The translations under genes were made by a program, and so were the position numbers. Positions 9,423-18,882 of a stretch of 55,295 bases of DNA are shown piece by piece (the first letter of the stretch is position 1; each line of letters begins with the position of its first letter). This stretch comes from an uncultured virus (IMG/VR IMGVR_UViG_3300042485_000398). Taxonomy: Duplodnaviria; Heunggongvirae; Uroviricota; Caudoviricetes. The DNA is taken from IMG/VR virus record IMGVR_UViG_3300042485_000398, positions 62,001 through 117,295 of that record, one strand, 5' to 3'. The notes under the pieces were generated by a model. It was not told the origin of the DNA. It ran no database searches and saw only the letters and a program-made list of their open reading frames with translations.

Positions 9423-11288
9423 TTAAGTTCCGATAATATTAATTGTTGTACCTGAGATATAATTTCCAGCACCAGAAATAGTAGAAGTATCTTGTGCTAA
9501 AACTAAATTCTTATTTGCATACGGGGTGACCGCATACGTATAGGAAATATCCTCATTTACTGGTGCCATAATGATGTCCGGTGATGAACCTTGTGGCTTA
9601 ATATAAATTCTAAGATAAAGATCCGTACCAGAAATAGTATTAATATACAAACTAGGTATCAAGATTTTACCTGTTTGATACTCTATTGTTCCTACGGCAG
9701 TTGATATCAGGACATTAGTATCATCATACAAATCTAATACACCCGGCAGCGAATCATCTTCGGTATAACTGTCTCGAAGATAACATGTTACTTGCTTGCC
9801 CGATGGTAATATCGTGGTAAAAAGGTTTGATCTTACACTATTGGGCGCGATTGTAGTATTATATGCAAATGAAATTCTATTATTTTCGCCCGTGAATGGC
9901 TGATATGCTCTATGTAGATTCATTTCTATATTGGTGGCATAGATAGAAGTTGAAACAGAATTTAATAATTCTAACAATTCTGAATAGTAAAAGTTCTTTT
10001 TTACTTTAGAAGTTGTATTTACAAAATAACTCGCCAAGTATTCAGACATAGTATTCTGAATAACAGACGCCGACACGGATGTATTATTTTTTAAATATCT
10101 GGCTGTTATATTAAAACTAACATACAGATATGAGGGGTCCACAAATACTGGCTGAATTCCAACGACACCTCTAGGCTTTAGAATGTCCCGTGCAATAGAT
10201 GTCTTATCGGATTCCGTGATAACACTATTTGGCAGAGGCTCAATTGAAACGAAAACTTTACCGTAAATAGGAGGGTCATTATCTTCTCCTCCCCAAACAG
10301 TTATCGAATTGATGTTGGCGTATTGACTCTCGATCAGTGCTGTATAGTCCTCAGCGGTTACGGCTCTATTCTTTGTAGCATTGAATTTAGGTGCAATGAA
10401 GCGAATTGAATCAGTTGATTGGGCTTCTGCACCGCCAAATGCAGCGGCGGCCGAAACAGAAATTATTTCTCCTGTTCCAAGAATTACAGATTTTGCGGAT
10501 AATCCTGTGACAGAGTTTGCGCCTATCCCACCACTTACAATATAGTCTATAGTAACAATATTACCGACTGTTAATTTTTTACCCAAAACGTTATCACCAA
10601 AACGAACTTCAATTAATCCATTTGCATTTTCTTCCACAAAGAATGCTCTTGAAGTTTCCGTGAGTGAAACGATGTTCTGATTTTGAACGAATGTTTGAAG
10701 GTCTAATTCAGATGAAGATGTTTGGACTCTACATACTATTGTAGAAGTGTCCACATTTCTATTTAAAAGTTCGAACGGACCAGACACAGTATCTGCCGTA
10801 ACGGTAAAGAAGTTATTGGTTCTTACACCTTCGATTAGAGTTACAACGAAAGTAAAAGTTCCGTCTGCTTTTGTTGCAGTAATATCGTCTTCAGGATAAA
10901 ATGTATACGTAACACCATCTGAACCAACTCCCTTAAACCCTAGGTTTTTACTTAGAGTTGCCGTGCTGGATGTATACGATGTCGGAGGAGTTATTTCAAT
11001 TGTGGCCTCAACTCTAGCGGAACGAATTGAGCGAGGATTATATCCAAGAGACTTAGAAATCGAAACGACAGACGATCTTTTTACCGCACTGTCTATGAAC
11101 ATTTCATTTGCGAGAAGGTGGGCAAGCGTTGCGTTATAGTGAGTATTATACGCAAGTAGGTCAATTAAAACCGATAGACCAGATCCATCAAAGTTGTAGT
11201 CCGCAAACTCAGTTTGACTTTGTAGATATGTCTTTAGATTTTCTCTAATGCCAAAGAAATCTAGTTCGGTAACATTTAATTGAGCCAT
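9423..11288 (-). CDS. gp6: Baseplate wedge subunit gp6
   Basis: ELDFFGIRENLKTYL, DYNFDGSGLSVLIDLLAYNTHY, NRAVTAEDY and WGGEDNDPPIYGKVF motifs. Confidence 0.92.
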   Translation of the reverse strand: MAQLNVTELDFFGIRENLKTYLQSQTEFADYNFDGSGLSVLIDLLAYNTHYNATLAHLLANEMFIDSAVKRSSVVSISKSLGYNPRSIRSARVEATIEITPPTSYTSSTATLSKNLGFKGVGSDGVTYTFYPEDDITATKADGTFTFVVTLIEGVRTNNFFTVTADTVSGPFELLNRNVDTSTIVCRVQTSSSELDLQTFVQNQNIVSLTETSRAFFVEENANGLIEVRFGDNVLGKKLTVGNIVTIDYIVSGGIGANSVTGLSAKSVILGTGEIISVSAAAAFGGAEAQSTDSIRFIAPKFNATKNRAVTAEDYTALIESQYANINSITVWGGEDNDPPIYGKVFVSIEPLPNSVITESDKTSIARDILKPRGVVGIQPVFVDPSYLYVSFNITARYLKNNTSVSASVIQNTMSEYLASYFVNTTSKVKKNFYYSELLELLNSVSTSIYATNIEMNLHRAYQPFTGENNRISFAYNTTIAPNSVRSNLFTTILPSGKQVTCYLRDSYTEDDSLPGVLDLYDDTNVLISTAVGTIEYQTGKILIPSLYINTISGTDLYLRIYIKPQGSSPDIIMAPVNEDISYTYAVTPYANKNLVLAQDTSTISGAGNYISGTTINIIGT

Positions 11289-11289
11289 A

Positions 11290-11688
11290 TTATCTGCTTC
11301 TTCTTAGAATAGTTGAAAAGTTAAAAGGACCTTCGATACCAAAGACATAAAAAGTAATGTTTACCGTAAAAGCATTTGCATCATATTCAGGAATAACCTC
11401 TATGTCTTGCGCTCTAACTCTTGGCTCATATTTGTTAATCAATATTTCAAGTTCTAGTTGTAATCTATTGGCCGTAATAACATCGATATTTTCAAACAAT
11501 AATGCATATATGGGAGACCCTAATTTAGGTTGAAAAGGTCGCTCATAAAATCTAGTAAGCACTAGAGTTTTAAGAGATTGTTTAACTGCATTGACATCAT
11601 ATTTCTTCGCAACATCACCCGTTACAGGATTAGCTGCAAACGAAAGATCGAAGTCCGAGTATATTCTGTTTACTTGTTTAATAGCCAT
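11290..11688 (-). CDS. gp25: Baseplate wedge subunit gp25
   Basis: YSDFDLSF...AVKQSLKTLVLT..YERPFQP..GS, YEPRV; adjacent to gp6. Confidence 0.92.
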   Translation of the reverse strand: MAIKQVNRIYSDFDLSFAANPVTGDVAKKYDVNAVKQSLKTLVLTRFYERPFQPKLGSPIYALLFENIDVITANRLQLELEILINKYEPRVRAQDIEVIPEYDANAFTVNITFYVFGIEGPFNFSTILRRSR

Positions 11689-11693
11689 AAGTA

Positions 11694-11701
11694 TATTTAT
11701 A
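11694..11701 (-). promoter_or_regulatory. T4-type late promoter TATAAATA upstream of gp25
   Basis: Exact TATAAATA in the short intergenic gap, 5 nt before the ATG. Confidence 0.7.
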
Positions 11702-11708
11702 CATTAAA

Positions 11709-12593
11709 TTAGCCTCTGAGACCAGGCATTTGATCAAATTGTCCTTTAGTTTTATACGGTGCGTCCCTGTAGAAACTTTGTGCCCAACCCCTAACTGCTA
11801 ATGTTGAGGGTTGTCTTAATCCAATATGAATCCATGGAGCCTTGGATGGGTCACTACCCTTTCTGGGCGCCGGCGCCCATTCGTAAAGAAGTTGGTCATA
11901 AGGAATTTTTAATCCTGCAATAATATTTGCAACCTCACGGTGTCTACCCCCTACATATCCACAACTTGCGAACTGCATATCAATACCCCAGCCAACATTA
12001 TGGGCTGAGCCATTTGATTTTGAGCGTAGAGTTGATGTAATCACAAACCCGTTGCCGAAACGCGCTCTAATAGGATCAATACAAAGAACAAAAAGATCGC
12101 GCAAGTTTTGGACTATTTGATATGCTGTCCATCTTCTTTCAGCAGCAGTTTTTCCGCCCATAGGAATACTAGCTGCGCCGCCTAGGGCTGGGTTCAAGAC
12201 ATCTCGTAAAGTATAGTAGTGTGATAGCCTAATGTCCTTTGCCATTGCATTGTAGTTACCAGATGAAGGAATTATTGGTAGCTTATTTCCTTTAAAATCT
12301 GTATCGGTCTTTCTAAGTCCCGCGGCGGGCGGCACTGGAGTTCCTGGTTCAGTAGATGTAGGTGCTCCACCTTCGTCACCCATAAAACTGGGACTGCCGT
12401 CGCTGTTCGCTTCCGCACAACCAGGATCCTCATTTGCAGGTTCATTTGTACCCGGCGCTTGAGTAGTTTCTGTCGGTTGCGCGGCGGGTGCGGCTGCCGG
12501 AGCAGTAGGGGCGCCGCCGGCTGGAGGCGCCGTCGTAGTTGCTGGCGTATTAGAGTTTGCTACGGGTGGATTTGTTGGTGATGTTTCTGCCAT
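11709..12593 (-). CDS. Peptidase M15-like Zn peptidoglycan peptidase with Pro/Ala/Thr-rich N-terminal linker
   Basis: LSHYYTL, SAHNVGWGIDMQF (HxxxxxxD) and WIHI zinc-ligand motifs. Confidence 0.75.
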   Translation of the reverse strand: MAETSPTNPPVANSNTPATTTAPPAGGAPTAPAAAPAAQPTETTQAPGTNEPANEDPGCAEANSDGSPSFMGDEGGAPTSTEPGTPVPPAAGLRKTDTDFKGNKLPIIPSSGNYNAMAKDIRLSHYYTLRDVLNPALGGAASIPMGGKTAAERRWTAYQIVQNLRDLFVLCIDPIRARFGNGFVITSTLRSKSNGSAHNVGWGIDMQFASCGYVGGRHREVANIIAGLKIPYDQLLYEWAPAPRKGSDPSKAPWIHIGLRQPSTLAVRGWAQSFYRDAPYKTKGQFDQMPGLRG

Positions 12594-12602
12594 ATATTCC
12601 TC

Positions 12603-15600
12603 TTATGCCAACGATGTATAGGGGTTTAATGCCGTATCGTCGTTGATTGTCGCTTGTTCGTTGAAGGAGATGCCACCCGCTGAATTTAGAAGCTGACTAC
12701 TACCACCTGCGCCCGCCGAAGTAAGGCCATCTGAACCACCGATAATAGGTGATGCTGAGACAGATACTGGTTTTTCAATAGGAATTGGATTTGCAAGTGT
12801 TGCAATCTTAGCGCCAGTTGCTTCGCTTGCTGGATCAGCCGAGTTGGCATTACCGGCGGTGACCGCCGATCCTGGTTCAGTAACAGAAGCAGATGTAGGA
12901 CCAGATATCGGAAGATCGTGAGTGCTTCCACCATTAGTACCAGTATCAGTTCCAGTTGCTCGAAGATTTGTGCTACCAGCATTCAGTGTGGAGACATTTG
13001 CAGTTGTGACATCAAGAGTTGGTGTATCAATAGGTGAAGACGCAACAAGAGGTGCCTTAAGATTGATATTTCCTGTACCTTCAACGTTGACGGCTGCGCC
13101 AGACTTGACGTTGGTTGCTGCCGCAGAGTTGACATTCACGGCATTACCAGACTTGACATTAACTGAATCCGCTGCTTGTGCGTTTATTACATTTGCGGAC
13201 TTGATATTTGTAGAAGCAATGGATTCTGTATTAACAGAACCAGCAGACTTGATGTTTGTATTGCCAAGAGATTCGATGTTTGTATGTGTACCAGACTTAC
13301 TATCGATAGTTACTGCGGCTTTGCTCAAGATTGAACCATCTGTGTCTTGGTTGATATTGCCAATAGATGTATGATAAGAAACTCCAGATACCTTAACGTG
13401 ATAATCGCCCTTAGATGTTACTTTATAACCGCTTGCGGTAAGGTTATGAGTGCCATCAATTGTCGAATTGAAGTTGCCTGCACCATGTATTTGCATGTCG
13501 CCTTTATTATCGTGCGAGAATACACCATCGTTTCTAATGAAGATGCCGCCACCTACAGATAGTCCAAAGTGACCAGCAACGTTTAAGTTGAAGTCATTAT
13601 GAACGTCCATGTTGACTTTACCGTTCATAGTAAGATTTGCATCACCCATAATCATAACATTACATTCACCTGCAACGTGAACATTGGCGCGGCCCTCAAT
13701 TAAAATATATCCGTTATTATCGATAATTGTATAGTTATCACCAACAACGCGAGTTACTTGTGTTCCGTCAGGACCGATTTCATTAAATGAGCCTGATTTA
13801 TGAGCGGTGTGAATACGTTCGGCACCGGGGGTATCGTCGATTTCTTGAACGTGACCGGATTCGGATGCAGTAACCTTGTTGAAAGGATACTGAGCGGCAT
13901 ACGCGGTCTTAGGTTGCGACCAAGATCCACCGTTTCTACCCGCTTTTGGAATGTCTCTTTTACGAAGAGCATTTTTGGCTGCAGGTGATGCACCAGAACT
14001 TAAACTCTCTTGATTTGCACCCTGTGACGTTGGGTTATTTTGAATATGAGGTGAATTTATACCCACCGCAAGAGGATTAGTATCTGGTTTACCACCGAGA
14101 GACTTCTTCGGATATTGGCCTCTTGGATCGCCGAACCCGTTTTGGGTATCGTTTGTAACGGGAATATTGGCAGCATCGGGCGGAGCTTGCGTCAATGACT
14201 GCGCGGTATCTGCCGCGGCTGGATGTTCTACGCTATCTGCTTGTAGCGGATTTGTATTCGGAGGAGCTGTTGCGATAGGCGGAGCAACTCTCGTGACTTC
14301 TTTTTGTGAAGACGCAAATCCTTTTTGATCTTCTACAATTGTAGTTGTTACTACAGAACCATCGCCATATTTTTCGGTGACAACAGTTGTCGTTGAACCG
14401 TCTGTATTTGATTTACTTGGTCCTTGTGCCGCAACTGGAGTATTATTACTAAAAGTTTTCTTGACTTTCTCAAGATTTGTAGTATACTCACCCGCGATTC
14501 CAGACTTAGCACTTATAAGGTCGTTTGATAGCGCAGTATCTGGCCCAAGAGGAGCATTATTAGTATCTCTAACCCATTTATTATAGTTGAAGATGATGTC
14601 TTTTTGTTCTCTCTTTAGAGAAGTAATAACATCAAGCCATGCTTCTGCGGTAGGAAGATCCCACTTAGCTGTTGATGTATCGCCCGCGGAAACCTCTTGC
14701 GTCAATTCAACAATGTCTCGCATCGTGGATTCAATTTCGCGAGTTAATTGGGCGTCAATACTTTCCTGCCATTCAGGTCTGTTGAGAGATATAATGTATT
14801 TTGTTCTATCTGGTTGATAGTTTATTGGTTTTAATCCATCGACCTGTATTGCGTAGTTACCCCCAAACGGAATAACTGTGGCAATTATTGGAATCTCTCT
14901 GAGTGGCAGCGCCCCACTATTTTGAGGATAAAGAGCATTTCCAAGATTTTGTTCAAACGTTTTAGGAGTTTTCGGAGTATAGTTATTGATACGTTCTTGC
15001 TTAATTGCACCGTCAATAGCAGAAATCAGTGTCAAATACTGAGGAGTTTTAGTATCGGTCTTATCAATTAAGTTTACAGACGCAATGGGTGTTCCCTTGG
15101 TAGATAGTGTAACAACACCATTAGATGCTGTCCATTGATATGAAACTTCGACTGAGCCATATGTAGACTTCATTGGATTAGGGTCGACAGGTGGCGAAGA
15201 AGCCTGCGTTGGTCCTCCTACCGCGGCCGCAATTTGCGTGGACGGTAGCGTAGGAACTGCGTCTGCGGACGCCGCACCTGTTTGAGGAGTTGGAGGAACA
15301 GAAGCGGGCGATACCGGCAAGAACGACGAAACAATTTCACCTTCTGCTGGCTTTTCGGTAGTGGTAGGCGAAGAACTGCCTAGCATTCCTGAAACATTTG
15401 ATGCTGCATTCGACAACGCACTTGTAACGTTGCCCGTGGCAGAGTTGAGTGCTCCTTGTGCGTTACCAGCTATACCCGAAACTGCGCCAGTTGCCGCTGA
15501 TATAGCGCCCGTAACATTTGATACCGCAGAAGCGCCAAGGGCGGCGGCTGCGGCAGATGGATCGCTTGCACCGGCTGTTATCGCGGTGAGATTATTAGCA

Positions 15601-17816
15601 AGAGCAAGACCAGACACTGCGGTCGAACTGGAATTGAGTATGTCACTTGCGGCCGCAGATGCTTGTTTCTTCAATGATTCCATCGATGCAGAACCTGCAC
15701 TACTAATCAGAGAAGTCAGTTCTGGTTTACTTACACCGATTGCACTAATAGAGGCTGCTTTTGCTTGCTCGAACTTATCAAGCAATCCAGGTTTAGCACC
15801 TGTTTGTTCTATTAGCGTTGTATTGAGTGCTGGAATAGCTGCACCCACATTCCCCATCTTATTAGTTTCGGATGCGATCAGATCAGAAATTTTTGCGGGG
15901 TCAGTGACGCCATCGATTGCCGCACGAAGAAGTGCCGTTGCACCCGGAGGACACATACCTCGACGATTTAATTCATTGATTACCGCAGTCTGTGAATCGT
16001 TGGCTAGACCAAAACCGGACTTTAGAGATTCACCAATAAAACTTAACGATGCTGGATCAACTTTGCCGCTTGCACCAGCTGCACCGAGTGCAGCACCTAC
16101 TGCTTCTGTGGCAGTATTTTCAACATCGGCTGCCAGCGAAGTAATCTGTTTTGCAAGCGATGTATTAGATACCTTGCTTACCGCAGAGGTTATACTATTT
16201 TTAGACGCAAGACTACTAATAGATGGAACTTTGCTGGTAACTCCGCTAACTTTAGATGAAATGCCCGATATAGATTTCAGTGCTGAAGTAGTATTTGCTG
16301 GCAATATACTTGACGCTGCGGCCAAAGCATCTTTAGCCTTATTGATTTCACTGAGTTTATCTTTGATTGTTGATGCTGCTATTCCCAGTCCAGCATCTAG
16401 TATGCCACCAATATCAGCAGGAATAATTCCATTTTTAACTAGTCCAGAAATGACTCCGTTTATATTTTTACCAGATAGAACATCAGCCAGATCTTTAGCA
16501 GTTTCTATTAGAGCCTTGGTACTGATTTCTGTTGTTGGTGCTCTTACGCCGGATTTTAGTAGGGGCTTATCGCTATTAGTTTCTTTTGGTTTTTCAGCTA
16601 CCGCGTTATATCCAATATCGTACCAATACTTAGAATTGATGCCATCTGAATTGGATTTGATAACACCTTGGGCAAAACTAATAGCATCATCTAATTTTCC
16701 ACAAAGGGCGACGGAAAGTAAGCCCGCTACAGTTTCTTTAGAAGTGTCTACGTTTACAATCTTTGCATTACTTAAATCTACGTATGCCTTCTTTAAATAA
16801 TAATATGCTGCTTTATCTTGCATTTCTTCCGATGTCACGAAAGAAATCATGCTTCTTACGGCAGCCTCATGATTTAGAGGAATAGGATTGTATAAGAAGA
16901 AATACTGGATATTATTGCCGGCTTCTCTCTTGTAAGGCGCGAAGTCATAATCACCAGCAGTATCTTGAACTGCCTCTGCGTATGACTTAACTCTTTCGGC
17001 GGCACCAGGGCGACTGCCATTAATCTGAATACAATCTTCTGCCCATTCTTGTATTTCTGGTTTTAGAAAATCAATATCAATAAGTTGTGATATCGTCATT
17101 CTATATGCGCCGTATTCACCGCGATTGTGAACCTTACGCCATATGTTTCTCTTACCACCGACAACATATTTTCTAGAAATTGCTTGTTGACATGCAGTAA
17201 GAACTTTTACACAGTCCTCTTTTGTCAGTTTACCTGGCGAACCGATATCTGGTAATTTTGCGGCAGTAGTTTGATATCCAGAACTTACCTTAGAAGTTTC
17301 AATCGTAGTAGGAACAGCCTTTAATACTTCAGTTGCTGCTTTAGAAACATTGAGAGGAACATCTGCAATCTTTAATGCGCCGGTTATCACGCCGGAAATA
17401 TTTCCATTTGATGCCGCAGTAAGAATGCTTAACCCATTTGATAATAATTTGCTAGTAGTTTTATCGATAACTCCACTCTTAGTAAGAGTTGCCAGTAACT
17501 TATTGGCATTAGAAACTGTATTTCCCGGTAGAGATGACGAAGAGACATTAATCTGTTTAGTTAAACTATTTGCACCTGTCTTTGAGAGCAAACCTACTGC
17601 CGCCAATCCACTAGTTACCGCAGATAAACTCGGAGTTTTTCCTTGTTCGATTGTGTTTGCTAGAGACAACCCAGACTTAACTGCCTTGGCTTGATCTCGT
17701 GACAAAACGCCAGCTGAAGACAGTGCATTTACCGTTGATGATAAATCAGGAAGTTTACCAGTTTTGACAGACTTGACTGCCGATGTAATTAGACTGGTTG
17801 CTTGTAATAATGACAT
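12603..17816 (-). CDS. gp5-like C-terminal part (beta-helix spike) with a very long Ala/Ser-rich N-terminal extension
   Basis: YPFNKVTASESGHVQEIDDTPGAERIHTAHKSGSFNEI is the T4-like gp5 signature, followed by VxG / 8-residue beta-helix repeats. Confidence 0.8.
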   Translation of the reverse strand: MSLLQATSLITSAVKSVKTGKLPDLSSTVNALSSAGVLSRDQAKAVKSGLSLANTIEQGKTPSLSAVTSGLAAVGLLSKTGANSLTKQINVSSSSLPGNTVSNANKLLATLTKSGVIDKTTSKLLSNGLSILTAASNGNISGVITGALKIADVPLNVSKAATEVLKAVPTTIETSKVSSGYQTTAAKLPDIGSPGKLTKEDCVKVLTACQQAISRKYVVGGKRNIWRKVHNRGEYGAYRMTISQLIDIDFLKPEIQEWAEDCIQINGSRPGAAERVKSYAEAVQDTAGDYDFAPYKREAGNNIQYFFLYNPIPLNHEAAVRSMISFVTSEEMQDKAAYYYLKKAYVDLSNAKIVNVDTSKETVAGLLSVALCGKLDDAISFAQGVIKSNSDGINSKYWYDIGYNAVAEKPKETNSDKPLLKSGVRAPTTEISTKALIETAKDLADVLSGKNINGVISGLVKNGIIPADIGGILDAGLGIAASTIKDKLSEINKAKDALAAASSILPANTTSALKSISGISSKVSGVTSKVPSISSLASKNSITSAVSKVSNTSLAKQITSLAADVENTATEAVGAALGAAGASGKVDPASLSFIGESLKSGFGLANDSQTAVINELNRRGMCPPGATALLRAAIDGVTDPAKISDLIASETNKMGNVGAAIPALNTTLIEQTGAKPGLLDKFEQAKAASISAIGVSKPELTSLISSAGSASMESLKKQASAAASDILNSSSTAVSGLALANNLTAITAGASDPSAAAAALGASAVSNVTGAISAATGAVSGIAGNAQGALNSATGNVTSALSNAASNVSGMLGSSSPTTTEKPAEGEIVSSFLPVSPASVPPTPQTGAASADAVPTLPSTQIAAAVGGPTQASSPPVDPNPMKSTYGSVEVSYQWTASNGVVTLSTKGTPIASVNLIDKTDTKTPQYLTLISAIDGAIKQERINNYTPKTPKTFEQNLGNALYPQNSGALPLREIPIIATVIPFGGNYAIQVDGLKPINYQPDRTKYIISLNRPEWQESIDAQLTREIESTMRDIVELTQEVSAGDTSTAKWDLPTAEAWLDVITSLKREQKDIIFNYNKWVRDTNNAPLGPDTALSNDLISAKSGIAGEYTTNLEKVKKTFSNNTPVAAQGPSKSNTDGSTTTVVTEKYGDGSVVTTTIVEDQKGFASSQKEVTRVAPPIATAPPNTNPLQADSVEHPAAADTAQSLTQAPPDAANIPVTNDTQNGFGDPRGQYPKKSLGGKPDTNPLAVGINSPHIQNNPTSQGANQESLSSGASPAAKNALRKRDIPKAGRNGGSWSQPKTAYAAQYPFNKVTASESGHVQEIDDTPGAERIHTAHKSGSFNEIGPDGTQVTRVVGDNYTIIDNNGYILIEGRANVHVAGECNVMIMGDANLTMNGKVNMDVHNDFNLNVAGHFGLSVGGGIFIRNDGVFSHDNKGDMQIHGAGNFNSTIDGTHNLTASGYKVTSKGDYHVKVSGVSYHTSIGNINQDTDGSILSKAAVTIDSKSGTHTNIESLGNTNIKSAGSVNTESIASTNIKSANVINAQAADSVNVKSGNAVNVNSAAATNVKSGAAVNVEGTGNINLKAPLVASSPIDTPTLDVTTANVSTLNAGSTNLRATGTDTGTNGGSTHDLPISGPTSASVTEPGSAVTAGNANSADPASEATGAKIATLANPIPIEKPVSVSASPIIGGSDGLTSAGAGGSSQLLNSAGGISFNEQATINDDTALNPYTSLA

Positions 17817-17828
17817 TAAATGCTCCGA

Positions 17829-18857
17829 TTATGCTTTAGCAGACAACATTGCTGGTGTATATTTTTTAGAGAATTTATCAACTTTGGCGAAATTTTCTCT
17901 ACCAAAGGCAGAACCGGTGCTAAAGTTGTCTCTGCCTCCAGTTGCATCAGTAATGATTTTGTTTGCTTCACTCTGACTTCTCGCCGTTTTTCTGCCTCGA
18001 ACCACTCCTCCACCCAAGCCTCGATATTGATAGAAGGCAAAAAACGCCTTAACCGCCACATCTTGATCAGTAATCAACAAATCTGGATTAGCTATGATAT
18101 CAACGCCGATAATTTGTTTAATCGCGGCATAGTTTGCTCTACCCGTCAACTGATTTAGACCCTTGCCTCTGTAATTCCATCCGTCGGTTCCGCCTTTATT
18201 ACCATTTACGGTAGCATAGATGAAGTTGGCCAGACCCTGTGGATTATTGGCATATTTAACTGCCTGATCTGCTCTTTTCGGCCACACTTGTCTAATTCTT
18301 GCTGCGGAATAACCCATTTGTTCTGCCTTAGGTTTAAGACCACATTCTTTTTCTGCAAGTGCGACAAATGCGATACTCATATAGTCATCATAACCAAGAC
18401 TTTTTGCTGTTTGGAAAATCTTTTGGGCCATTCCTTTGGCACTACCGGATACTTGAATATCTTGTGCGCCGTCTGGTGCACCTGCTGGATCAGAAGCACT
18501 GTTGCCACCTGCTGGTGCGCATGGATCACCTGCCGGACCGCCAGGTACCGCACCGACCGTGCCAAAAAACATGGGGTGCTGGCCGTCTGAGCCATCTGCA
18601 AAGAAACCTACGACCCACGTTCCGGTCACTACGCCGTTCGCCGAGCCGCCGACCCCAGATATTGAGGGATTATTTGCGGGCATAATTGGGACAGCCCACG
18701 GCAAATCTTCTGTCGGTAGTAGCTCCGTGCTATCTATGTGATAACCCATGATACGAACACGGCATCTTCCGATGCGTAAAGGATCGTCGCGATCTTCGAC
18801 CACGCCGAACCACCAGTAAAACTGACCAACATTATTAGTTGTTCTATTATCCATCAT
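17829..18857 (-). CDS. gp5 N-terminal OB-fold fused to a GH19-family lysozyme-like domain
   Basis: WWFGVVEDRDDPLRIGRCRVRI.GYH...LPWA...GTWVVGFFADG (gp5 OB-fold) plus DGWNYRGKGLNQLTGRANY (GH19 motif). Confidence 0.85.
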   Translation of the reverse strand: MMDNRTTNNVGQFYWWFGVVEDRDDPLRIGRCRVRIMGYHIDSTELLPTEDLPWAVPIMPANNPSISGVGGSANGVVTGTWVVGFFADGSDGQHPMFFGTVGAVPGGPAGDPCAPAGGNSASDPAGAPDGAQDIQVSGSAKGMAQKIFQTAKSLGYDDYMSIAFVALAEKECGLKPKAEQMGYSAARIRQVWPKRADQAVKYANNPQGLANFIYATVNGNKGGTDGWNYRGKGLNQLTGRANYAAIKQIIGVDIIANPDLLITDQDVAVKAFFAFYQYRGLGGGVVRGRKTARSQSEANKIITDATGGRDNFSTGSAFGRENFAKVDKFSKKYTPAMLSAKA

Positions 18858-18882
18858 AGTATAAGTAACTCCATTAATCTAT

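Noticed and set aside
15361..16800. 479-aa + strand ORF
   Set aside because: Antisense shadow of the Ala/Ser-rich part of the gp5-like gene; no SD or recognisable motif
12603..18857. Genome-wide stop-codon reassignment to explain the in-frame TAA junctions
   Set aside because: TAA ends many clearly complete genes in the window and standard-code ORFs tile the sequence densely
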